Assembly: GCA_041736305.1 (NCBI GenBank)
Contig: JBGSTX010000191.1
Span: forward strand, 1-19,911
Length of the DNA stretch: 19,911 bases
Source of the DNA: Oligoflexus sp.
Lineage (GTDB): Bacteria; Bdellovibrionota_B; Oligoflexia; Oligoflexales; Oligoflexaceae
Reading direction: 5' to 3'
The position numbers and the translations under genes were made by a program. The notes below the pieces were generated by a model, which did not search any database, was not told the origin of the DNA, and saw nothing but the letters and a program-made list of their open reading frames with translations. This document shows, piece by piece, positions 7,905-15,860 of this stretch (positions are counted from its first letter, which is position 1; every line of letters starts with the position of its first letter).

Positions 7905-10247
7905 TTAGCTTTCAATGCTCACTCTCCAGATTCCACCTGGCTGCCCAGGAATAAAGAAGATTGCTAGTGCTTCGCCCTTCTCAAATTCGAATCCCAACTT
8001 CCATTCGTCAGGGGAAAGGTTTCGATCATTAACGCTTAGCCGGAAGTTTTGACCTTTAGAGATCCGCTTCATCTTCAGAACCACAGGCACGGTATCCCTG
8101 CCCTGGAAGCGCGACTCTAGATCGAAACTACATCTCGACCCCGTCCACTCGAGCTCCAGATGACCCTGCCATGCGTTGTACCAAGGCGCGGAGCAAGATT
8201 GAAGGTTCTTCACTTCAGGTGGATAAGACCAGTCCTGAACCCTGGCACTGATAGCATGCGCATCGGAGTTGATACCCACCAGCGAGACGAAGGCCTTTTC
8301 ACCACTTGTACGTCCACCATTCGTCACCTGCACCGAAACCAAAGCCGAGTGACTCACCTGCGAACTCCAGGTCGTTCGTGTTTGGTCATGGAATTCATAG
8401 GGCTCACGACTCTGGGGCCAATGGGAAAACTGCCACTCGTAGCCGTGCCAGGAGACATCGAAGTTGAGAGCATGCTCGCCTGATACCCGAGGTTCAGCCC
8501 AGGGCTGGGCAAAAGCACTGTATATATAAGGCGCATTTTTCTTACCATCCTTCACTTTCGCTACGGCTATCGTCTTGTCCCACTTGTTGAATGGAGCATC
8601 ACGATAGCCGTACCAGTTGCCCTCTAAATCTTTGCCGTGACTGGGGCGAAAGCGGTAAGCTTCGTTCGACATCGGATTCCAAAGCTCGAGGGAAGCTCCA
8701 TCCTGCGCATGATTCACAGGATCGCTGCGCGCACCTGCAATCACCGAAAGCTCGGCGATCTCATAGCTATCCGCCCCGAAACCCTGCTGATCCGGCGAAT
8801 AAAAAACCTGACGAAATGCTGTGCCGTCCGGATAGACAGTCCAGATTTCATCGCTTCGTGCCAAAGATTCAATGCCGCGCTGCTTTTGCTGCGTTGGAGC
8901 TAGAGTTTGAGCAATAGTCTGATAAGCGGGATTAAAGAGGTAAGCTCGCCAGTGAATAACTTTGCGAGCCGGTGTGTCGGCTAAAATTTTGACTTCGTTG
9001 TTCCAGCGGAGACCATCGGACATCGCTTCAAAACAACCCTTGGAAAAGCGCCTGTTTTCGGGCCAAAGCTCGACGAATGAATTAGTCAGGAGCAATTGGT
9101 CATTGATATGCCAGGCAGGTACGTTGTTCATTTCCGACCAGAAGACGAGACGGTATTTCTTAGAAGCCTTAAAATCCTGACCAAACTGAACTTGCCACGC
9201 GTCGCCATTAAACCCTGACCAGTTGTAGGGACGCTTGATGAGCCGAAAGCTCGTGCTCTCCTCTTCCGGCTCCTCGTGCGCTTGCTGCCGTGAAAGCAAT
9301 TCCGTGAATCGAGCTTCTTCGCCGCCATCGCTCGCATCCATCACTAAACCGACGAAGTAGGAGTCGTGAGCTCCAAGCCAAGAAGCTAGAGGAGCTAAAT
9401 TCATCCAACCTTCTGCAGGAGATACGCCATGCAAAATATCTTTCTTAACCGTGTAACTGAGATAGAAAAAAGGCTGTGACTTCCCATCTAGGAGAGAACT
9501 GCTGTGATGCAGAATCTTCAGGCGACCCGTCGATTCAGTGAAGGGGACGCGATAGTCATTTCTTATCGTATCTCCAGGCGAGAAAGAACCATCGAGCAGC
9601 GCGGTATATCGCTTCTCTTTCTCCCATGAGGTGAGACGGCCGGTCCGATCTAGCACCTGCTTTTCATAAGACTCACCGCTCTGGGAGGGCTGTTGGTCGA
9701 GCGCTTTTACCCGCAAGTAGCCATTATCGTCGCGGTCTATAAGCAGCGCGATATACGCGTTGTAATTCGGCTCTAAACGACCCTTACCTAAATCCTGGGC
9801 TGCGAAGAGGATGAGGCCCTTGGCCTTGCTCAAACCATCGCGGAGGTCGAATCCAACCTCTTCCTCAAAATGCCCTTTGATCGGAGTTTTCATGACGATT
9901 CCCTGCAGACCAGAGCCGGACGATCGTAATTCCCATCCACCGTACTTGCTTGGCCACCATGAAGGCTGCGAACAGGCTTCTTCGAGACAAAAACTTGTCC
10001 AGAGCTCACTTCTTAAGCTCTTCGAAAGATTGAGGGTACATGGATAGCTTGAGTTCTCAAGAGCTGAAGATTTGGCTTCGCAGATATTTCCTTGCTCGTC
10101 ATAGGCGGGAGGTAAGAGTGCAGCGATGGATTCTTTCCAAGGCCCGAGCTCAAGCGGTGGATTAGGATTACAGGCATAGGCTGAGAACAAGATGCATTTC
10201 AGCATGAAGATACGGTAACACTGTCGGGCTCCCAATATCTGAAGCAT
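7905..10247 (-). CDS. Large hypothetical exported protein (possible lipoprotein), beta-rich and Trp-rich
   Basis: 780-aa ORF with a GGAGG RBS 10 nt upstream of the ATG and a possible lipobox AYAC. No catalytic motif recognised. Confidence 0.8.
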   Translation of the reverse strand: MLQILGARQCYRIFMLKCILFSAYACNPNPPLELGPWKESIAALLPPAYDEQGNICEAKSSALENSSYPCTLNLSKSLRSELWTSFCLEEACSQPSWWPSKYGGWELRSSGSGLQGIVMKTPIKGHFEEEVGFDLRDGLSKAKGLILFAAQDLGKGRLEPNYNAYIALLIDRDDNGYLRVKALDQQPSQSGESYEKQVLDRTGRLTSWEKEKRYTALLDGSFSPGDTIRNDYRVPFTESTGRLKILHHSSSLLDGKSQPFFYLSYTVKKDILHGVSPAEGWMNLAPLASWLGAHDSYFVGLVMDASDGGEEARFTELLSRQQAHEEPEEESTSFRLIKRPYNWSGFNGDAWQVQFGQDFKASKKYRLVFWSEMNNVPAWHINDQLLLTNSFVELWPENRRFSKGCFEAMSDGLRWNNEVKILADTPARKVIHWRAYLFNPAYQTIAQTLAPTQQKQRGIESLARSDEIWTVYPDGTAFRQVFYSPDQQGFGADSYEIAELSVIAGARSDPVNHAQDGASLELWNPMSNEAYRFRPSHGKDLEGNWYGYRDAPFNKWDKTIAVAKVKDGKKNAPYIYSAFAQPWAEPRVSGEHALNFDVSWHGYEWQFSHWPQSREPYEFHDQTRTTWSSQVSHSALVSVQVTNGGRTSGEKAFVSLVGINSDAHAISARVQDWSYPPEVKNLQSCSAPWYNAWQGHLELEWTGSRCSFDLESRFQGRDTVPVVLKMKRISKGQNFRLSVNDRNLSPDEWKLGFEFEKGEALAIFFIPGQPGGIWRVSIES

Positions 10248-10506
10248 CGGTCGCAGCCTCCCTTAAGAAAACATAAAGCTTCAGTTAAGAAACTTTAATC
10301 CTACACGAATGTAGATTGCTTAAGCTGGGCGGGCAAGTTGAGAAAAGTAAACTCGCTAGAACTTTTGCCAAAAGATCTAATCACGAGTCGGTAGCATGCC
10401 ACTTGTGCGAAGCCGGAAAATTCTCCAGTTAGTATAGCTGCTTCATGACCTGGCACGGATAGTGTTAGATCGAGAGTTTTGCTTGGCAGGTAGATTCTTG
10501 GGGAAC

Positions 10507-10534
10507 TGATCGTAGCAGTTCTCTGCTACGATCA
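10507..10534 (-). terminator. Hairpin terminator of the cytochrome/YceI/barrel operon
   Basis: Perfect 12-bp stem TGATCGTAGCAG-ttct-CTGCTACGATCA, 13 nt downstream of the stop at 10548. Confidence 0.7.
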
Positions 10535-10547
10535 CTTGCGGACTTAA

Positions 10548-11681
10548 TTAGATAGCGTACTGGAAAATGAACCAGGCGCTGTCGTAGGCTTTAGAGCTTA
10601 CGGTATAACGCGTTACCTTTTCCCACTGAGCCGTGAAAATCCAGTGCGGCCGAGGTGACCACTGCGCTCCCGGACCTATTCGCTGCACATCCAGCTTCGA
10701 AGCATCGGTATCGCTCTTCTTGGCTTGATGGAAGAGATAGAGGTCAATGCCCTTGTAAACCTGATAGCCGACGCGATTGTAGGAGGCGAAACCTTCGGTT
10801 AGCGCCACATTTTTGGGAGCTGTCCGGGTCCAGTCAAACTCGCCGAGCCAGTAGAGATCTTCGTTTAGACCGAGGGCCCAGAAAATACCGTAAAGTTCGC
10901 GTCCGACGTTATCGGTCGTCTCTCCATAAAAGTAGCTGAGTCCAACCTTGTACTTGGAGTTGATAAAGCGGCTCGCGCTGAGAGCCACACCCTTGTCGCT
11001 GACGGCATCCTCATCATCTGGCCTGCCGCCGACGCCTGTCACAGCCACGGCATACTCTTCGGTCTGATAATTGAATTCGAGGTTATAAGTTTCACTGTTC
11101 TGATCCCAGCCGATTCCCCGTCGGATCTCGGAGGTGTGATCGGGAATCATAAGACCGAAGTTCTTGTAGAAACGTCCCGCTCGCACCGAGTAGCCTTTGC
11201 CGATAATACCCAGGGGGACCAGTACGTAGTGGCGGCGACTGCTCCACTTATCGTCATCATTGGTGTTCGGTGAACCCATATCGCGACCTATAGAGGCTAC
11301 GACCGAGTAGCCCTCAGTCACCCATCCAAAGTCGACATCAGCTTGCATGAGAAAATACTTGCCTTGCTTGACCTGAGGCGTATCCGAATAGGTCTGAATC
11401 GAGCGGATATCGCCGCCGATACGAAAGGCTTCGGGTAGAGCTACGGGCGTATAAAAGGGCAGATGCTCGTTTTCCGTGCTCCAAGTCGAAAGAACTTCCT
11501 TACCTAGTTCACGACCGTAGTTCGTCAGGAGGCCTCCACCTGACGGACTTACGTGACAGGAGCTACAGTTCCCATAGCCGTGGCGAACCATTTCCGGAAA
11601 AGCTTGGAGAGACGAGGCGGCTGCATTGAGCAGAGCAAAGGCAGCAATTATCTTCAGTAGAAAATGAGTTAGGATTCTCAC
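10548..11681 (-). CDS. Outer-membrane beta-barrel fused to an N-terminal monoheme c domain (Cyc2-like cytochrome-porin architecture)
   Basis: Signal peptide ending LQA, then FPEMVRHGYGNCSSCHVSPSGGGLLTNYGR. The remainder shows alternating amphipathic beta-strands and ends in an aromatic-rich strand WFIFQYAI. The GTG start overlaps the upstream TGA (GTGA). Confidence 0.78.
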   Translation of the reverse strand: MRILTHFLLKIIAAFALLNAAASSLQAFPEMVRHGYGNCSSCHVSPSGGGLLTNYGRELGKEVLSTWSTENEHLPFYTPVALPEAFRIGGDIRSIQTYSDTPQVKQGKYFLMQADVDFGWVTEGYSVVASIGRDMGSPNTNDDDKWSSRRHYVLVPLGIIGKGYSVRAGRFYKNFGLMIPDHTSEIRRGIGWDQNSETYNLEFNYQTEEYAVAVTGVGGRPDDEDAVSDKGVALSASRFINSKYKVGLSYFYGETTDNVGRELYGIFWALGLNEDLYWLGEFDWTRTAPKNVALTEGFASYNRVGYQVYKGIDLYLFHQAKKSDTDASKLDVQRIGPGAQWSPRPHWIFTAQWEKVTRYTVSSKAYDSAWFIFQYAI

Positions 11682-12271
11682 AGAGGCTTCACCTCAGCCT
11701 GAGATTTGACGATGACATCGACGGTTTCTGCGACAGTGATTTCAGCAAATTTCGGCGTATCGATTTTGTAATCAGCCATCTTAATTTTGAAACTGAATTC
11801 ACAGTCTACTTTGCCGCCAGCAGCTGGCTTGGTCGTCATCGTTCCGCTCACCGGCGCTTCGACTCCATGCAAAGTGAGTTTGCCGGTGAATGGTGCGCTT
11901 GTCACAGCCGTCTGATTCGCTGCCGAAGGATCCTTCCAGGGCACTACAGTTGGGGTGAACTTAGCCACGGGAAACTTTTCGACTTCCAGATACTTGTCGC
12001 GCATGTGGCGGTCGCGAAGTCCAAGTCCGGTTTTGAGCGTTTTTAAATCGAAGTCTAAAGCGCCTTCCACAGATTTTTCGTCGGTGATCTTCAACTGGCC
12101 TTCAGGGCCTGGGCCTTCGCCGGTGATGACGAGCGCGCTAGGGTTGCCGAGAGCCTTGAACTGAACACTGCCCTGCGCAGAGCTAAAGACAAACTGAGCT
12201 GGTTTGGCCCAGGCAATGGTCGATAGAAAGAGGCCCCCAACTATGGTCAGACCTAGGTGCTTGTGCAACAT
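11678..12271 (-). CDS. YceI-family (polyisoprenoid/lipid-binding) periplasmic protein
   Basis: Signal peptide (AWA); 'SVQF', 'LKTGLGLRDRHMRDKYLEVEKFPVAKF', 'GKLTLHGV' and 'ADYKI' motifs. ATG 12271 follows an AAGGAG RBS. Confidence 0.92.
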   Translation of the reverse strand: MLHKHLGLTIVGGLFLSTIAWAKPAQFVFSSAQGSVQFKALGNPSALVITGEGPGPEGQLKITDEKSVEGALDFDLKTLKTGLGLRDRHMRDKYLEVEKFPVAKFTPTVVPWKDPSAANQTAVTSAPFTGKLTLHGVEAPVSGTMTTKPAAGGKVDCEFSFKIKMADYKIDTPKFAEITVAETVDVIVKSQAEVKPL

Positions 12272-12316
12272 GAATATCTCCTTTGATGATGGAATGGCAG
12301 ACAAGAAGGTACACCC

Positions 12317-12730
12317 TCACGGAGTCTCGACAGCGCCCTGCTCGATCCAGGTCTTGAGCAGCTGAAGTTTACTGGCGGAAAGGGATCCGCCTTGAGGCAT
12401 GGTTTTGTCATCAAGCGTAGTTTTCTTCACTTTAGCCAATTGATCTTTGACCTTCGCATAGGTATCGAGCGTTACACCACCTAAAGCCGTGGTCGCGGAG
12501 TGACACACAAGACAGGAAGGTTTAAAAATCTGCGACTCTACTTCGGCGAAGCTGATTTTAGTCGTGGGTGTACCGGGATCGGTGCCCGTTCCCGGATCGG
12601 TCGTGTCGCCGGTCTCCTCATCCTGATTCTTCTCATCTTTGAAGTTACAGGAAACTTGAAAGAGCGAAGCTAAAAGCAAAGAGCAAAGGGTCGATTTTCT
12701 AAGGGCGGCGGCAAAGGTGCAGATGCGCAT
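12317..12730 (-). CDS. Lipoprotein monoheme c-type cytochrome (planctomycete-cytochrome-C-like domain)
   Basis: Lipobox-like QVSC, a T/D/P/G linker, ISFAEVESQIFKPSCLVCH, a distal Met in TMPQGG, and C-terminal LLKTWIEQGA. Confidence 0.85.
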   Translation of the reverse strand: MRICTFAAALRKSTLCSLLLASLFQVSCNFKDEKNQDEETGDTTDPGTGTDPGTPTTKISFAEVESQIFKPSCLVCHSATTALGGVTLDTYAKVKDQLAKVKKTTLDDKTMPQGGSLSASKLQLLKTWIEQGAVETP

Positions 12731-12808
12731 GAAAAAATCTCTTTTTTAATGAAAAAGTTGATCGTCAACCCGATTCGGAGGTGATAGCAGGCGTTAATAT
12801 CTAAATCA

Positions 12809-12870
12809 ACTTTGGAAACAAAAGCGAATCCTGTCAAGAGCGAGGGCGCATTCTCCTGACATGATTCACA
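12809..12870 (-). promoter_or_regulatory. Putative sigma-70 promoter with an upstream CRP/FNR-family-like site
   Basis: Minus strand TTGACA (12837-12832)-N17-CAAAGT. TGTGA-N6-TCAGG at 12870-12855 matches the CRP consensus at 8/10. Confidence 0.35.
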
Positions 12871-12891
12871 TAGACATATGCCCTAGAGTCT

Positions 12892-14634
12892 TTATCGCGC
12901 CTTATACCGAAGACGCTCAGGCAAGGACTGAAAGACTTTTCGGAAATAGTCCTGATTCTCGTGCTTATCGATCCAGCGATAGGGCTTGCCCGTCTGGGGA
13001 TCGGCAGCCTCTCGCACGTGAAAATAAGCCCAACCCCAGACACCGGCATAGCCTTGATCGTGGAGGAATTCATAGTGAGTATTGTCGAGCATCTCATTTT
13101 GAGCGCCAATAATGTTCCAATGTTCACCGACGATCAAAGGCTTGTCCAGCTGCCAGTGGGCTTTTCCTAACTTGAACATGTTCACATCGGCGTCTTTTTC
13201 CGCATCGTTCCATTCGGGATAACCGTGAACCTGATAAAAATCGAGTGTACCCTGGGGGTCACCACCGGCTGCGATCAACTCTTCATCGCTGTAGTAGTTG
13301 CGAGTGCCATGACTCTTCATACTTATGGCGGTGTTGTAGGGAATACTGTGAGCGCCAGCCGAAACTTTGGCCTGGGAATCAAGCCGGTGAATGGCGCCTG
13401 CGATGCGATTGATCGAGCGGAGGACGCGCTCGTAGGAGATTTCCACGGTCGTTAAGGCCTTATCGTCGACTATAGCCTTCTTGAGGAAGTCCCATTCCGA
13501 AGGGTATTCGTCGGTAAAGTCCTTGTAAAGGTAGAGATTGAAACCGCTGTTCTGCGTTCCGACGAAATGCCAGCCTTTGTACTTTATAGGCGTGTAGGAA
13601 CCGTCTCCGGTGTTGATCGCGAACTCGCTGCGGCGTCGATCATCCAGATAGCTCAGTGAATTTTCCCGCCAGCGGTAGTCGCCGTATTCCATTGCATACT
13701 GATAGTTCCAGTAGAGGCGCCAGTGTTTAGCGACTCCTTCCGGTTCATTGAAAACTTCCCAAGAAAGAATCGCATCTTTGTACGTTTCATTCGTGCCAGG
13801 CATCTTCTGATCCATCGCCTTCACCAAGGGGGTCAGCGCTTTATCGATGTACTGCTGCAGGGCTGCATCGTCGTTGAAGATGCGAACGACCCGATCACGC
13901 GACTCAATGGGATGCCCGCTTCTTACGCCCAGGACATCATGCGACCAGAGATTGATGTTGATCAGGAGTCCGTAGTCTTGATAGGCGGTCCGCACGAGCC
14001 ACTGCAAATCTTCGATGGTTCCCGCAGGCAGACCACTAACCGAAGCTTCCGCTGGGGTTCCTTTGCTATCGAAGCTCGGATTCCGGCTGCCGTCGACGTG
14101 CAACCAGAATCGATAGGAATTGACACCCGAGGCGGCGAGGTCCTTGAAAGCATTCCTCAGCAAGTTGCGCATCTCCTCTTCGCTGCTGCCGTAGGGGTTG
14201 TCTTTGAAGGGAATAAATTGAACGTTGCCGATGTTAACGCCGGTCAGAAAGATATGCTTGCCTCGGTGTTCGAAGAGATTCTCAGTGGAAGGTTTAGACG
14301 GCCCGTCGGAGGGTGCATCTGTTAGCTTGCACCAATTTGTCGCTGCTGCATTCGCCCAGTTCGCATCGATTTTTTTGTAGGCAATGCCGTCAAACTTGAA
14401 GGTGTCTCCGTAGCCAAGACCATTGGCTGCGGATTTACAAGCCAATGTGGCGATGCATGGTGCGCCATACTGATCTGGCTTATCTTTTTTATAAGGTAAA
14501 GCATCTTGGTAATAGAGAGTGCCATAGCCTTCTTTATTCGCAGCTTTTTCGCGACAGAAGTCGTAAGCAAATACCTGAGATGCTAGCGTAATAAAATTGA
14601 GTGCGAAAAGTCCTAGAGCCGATTGCCAACGCAT
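12892..14634 (-). CDS. Secreted glycoside hydrolase family 5, resembling GH5_10 endo-beta-1,4-mannanases
   Basis: Signal peptide; GVNSYRFWLHVDGS..PSFD, acid/base WEVFNEPEG (E297), NYYSD..LIAAGG...GTLDFYQVHGY, nucleophile KPLIVGEH (E504), GYAGVWGW. GGAGGT RBS. Confidence 0.85.
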   Translation of the reverse strand: MRWQSALGLFALNFITLASQVFAYDFCREKAANKEGYGTLYYQDALPYKKDKPDQYGAPCIATLACKSAANGLGYGDTFKFDGIAYKKIDANWANAAATNWCKLTDAPSDGPSKPSTENLFEHRGKHIFLTGVNIGNVQFIPFKDNPYGSSEEEMRNLLRNAFKDLAASGVNSYRFWLHVDGSRNPSFDSKGTPAEASVSGLPAGTIEDLQWLVRTAYQDYGLLININLWSHDVLGVRSGHPIESRDRVVRIFNDDAALQQYIDKALTPLVKAMDQKMPGTNETYKDAILSWEVFNEPEGVAKHWRLYWNYQYAMEYGDYRWRENSLSYLDDRRRSEFAINTGDGSYTPIKYKGWHFVGTQNSGFNLYLYKDFTDEYPSEWDFLKKAIVDDKALTTVEISYERVLRSINRIAGAIHRLDSQAKVSAGAHSIPYNTAISMKSHGTRNYYSDEELIAAGGDPQGTLDFYQVHGYPEWNDAEKDADVNMFKLGKAHWQLDKPLIVGEHWNIIGAQNEMLDNTHYEFLHDQGYAGVWGWAYFHVREAADPQTGKPYRWIDKHENQDYFRKVFQSLPERLRYKAR

Positions 14635-14747
14635 GAAGTTTACCTCCCAGGTTGAGCCGATGATGGCATGTGAATGTGGTATACCTGGCGCTCCTTAGCT
14701 TGGAAAGCAAAATCCTCTGCGTGAGCAAGAAAAAATTCTGCGTTTTT

Positions 14748-14774
14748 TTATCGGCATTTCTGATGCTATCTTTG
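14748..14774 (-). promoter_or_regulatory. Sigma-28 (FliA-type) promoter upstream of the GH5 gene
   Basis: Minus strand CAAA-gatagcatcagaaat(15)-GCCGATAA: perfect -10 box, exact spacing, and 3/4 match at -35. Confidence 0.7.
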
Positions 14775-14809
14775 CCTACCATCCATTATCGGAAGTGAGG
14801 AGAGAGCGA

Positions 14810-15094
14810 ATGATCAGATATATCTTCTCTGGGCTTGTTTTGCTGAATCTGCAGACGGTTTATGCGGCTAACTCGGTTCGGGGCGCGTGCAAAGCCGAAA
14901 TCAAGAAATTTACCTGTGACGATAAAAGCGACGCATACGCGTTCGATTGTTTGAAAGAAAATAACGAGGCCAGCATCAAGAATAAGGGCTTCAGTCCTAA
15001 GTGTTTTAAAGCTTATGCCTCTTATGAAAAAGAATCCGGCAAAGGCGAAAAAATCGACAGCCATCAGACTGAACAACTTGAGCACAAACATTGA
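14810..15094 (+). CDS. Small secreted four-Cys protein (cysteine-rich-repeat-like)
   Basis: ATG 14810 after GAGGAG; signal peptide ending VYA; C-x7-C-x10-C-x17-C pattern (GACKAEIKKFTC...DCLKEN...SPKC). Confidence 0.7.
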   Translation: MIRYIFSGLVLLNLQTVYAANSVRGACKAEIKKFTCDDKSDAYAFDCLKENNEASIKNKGFSPKCFKAYASYEKESGKGEKIDSHQTEQLEHKH

Positions 15095-15116
15095 TCATCT
15101 CTTAAGGAATTAAATT

Positions 15117-15860
15117 TTGAAGGCTAGAGTCTCAGAGAAGACCTTGATTGTTATTCCAACCTACAACGAAGCTCAGAATATCGAACCTTTGCTTGAACTG
15201 GTTTGGACTGTTTGCCCTGAGATTCATGTCCTCGTAGTCGATGATAATAGCCAAGATGGAACGCCCGAGATCGTCAAGAAACTGCAGATCAAGCAGCCTG
15301 CGGCGCTGCATCTGAAGCAGCGCGCGGGCAAACTCGGTCTGGGAACAGCCTATCTCGAGGGCTTCGCCTGGGCTCTCCAAGAGGGCTATAAGTCCGTTAT
15401 TGAAATGGACGCCGATTTTTCCCACGACCCGCATACCCTACCGCTTATTCTCGCTAAGCTGGAGCAGTTCAGTGCGGTGGTGGGTAGCCGCTACATAGAA
15501 GGCGGCGATACCAAGAACTGGAACCCTCTGCGCAAGCTGATCAGTCGCTTCGGTAGCTTCTACGCCCGTTCGATTTTGAATGTTCCACTCCGCGACCTGA
15601 CGGGCGGATTCAATGGCTGGCGACGCGAAGCCCTCCAGGCGATTGAACTGGAAACGATTCGCAGCGAGGGTTACTCTTTTCAAATAGAGCTAAAATACCG
15701 CTGCTACAAAGCCGGAATGTCCATAGTCGAGGTCCCCATCCTCTTCTGCGAAAGGCGGGAAGGGCACTCTAAAATGTCCTGGCGTATCATGGCCGAAGCC
15801 CTTTACCGAGTCTGGGCCTTCCGCCATTACAAGGCTATCGCGCCCGTGAGCCGACGATAG
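15117..15860 (+). CDS. Polyprenol monophosphomannose synthase (GT2, Ppm1/DPM1-like)
   Basis: VIPTYNEAQNI, VVDDNSQDGT, GKLGLGTAYLEGF, EMDADFSHDP, GSRY, DLTGGF, GYSFQIE and R..G.SKMS motifs. AAGGA RBS before the TTG start. Confidence 0.92.
   Translation: MKARVSEKTLIVIPTYNEAQNIEPLLELVWTVCPEIHVLVVDDNSQDGTPEIVKKLQIKQPAALHLKQRAGKLGLGTAYLEGFAWALQEGYKSVIEMDADFSHDPHTLPLILAKLEQFSAVVGSRYIEGGDTKNWNPLRKLISRFGSFYARSILNVPLRDLTGGFNGWRREALQAIELETIRSEGYSFQIELKYRCYKAGMSIVEVPILFCERREGHSKMSWRIMAEALYRVWAFRHYKAIAPVSRR

Noticed and set aside
10284-10316. GTTAAGAAACTTTAATCCTACACGAATGTAGAT resembles a Cas12a-type direct repeat (CTAC-loop-GTAGAT)
   Set aside because: It is a single copy with no spacer-repeat periodicity, lacks the AATTTCTAC motif, and no Cas gene is nearby. 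It is more likely part of the promoter region of the 780-aa gene.
10451-10465. TGGCAC sigma-54 -24 box on the plus strand
   Set aside because: The -12 element is GTGT rather than TTGC, and it points into the 3' end of an opposite-strand gene.
14635-14745. Riboswitch (e.g. c-di-GMP) in the GH5 leader
   Set aside because: I could not find the conserved GEMM or other aptamer motifs by eye. An Rfam/Infernal scan would be needed.
14752-14767. Sigma-54-like CGGCAT-N5-ATGCT on the plus strand before the small Cys protein
   Set aside because: There are mismatches in both boxes, and the same bases are better explained by the sigma-28 promoter on the minus strand.
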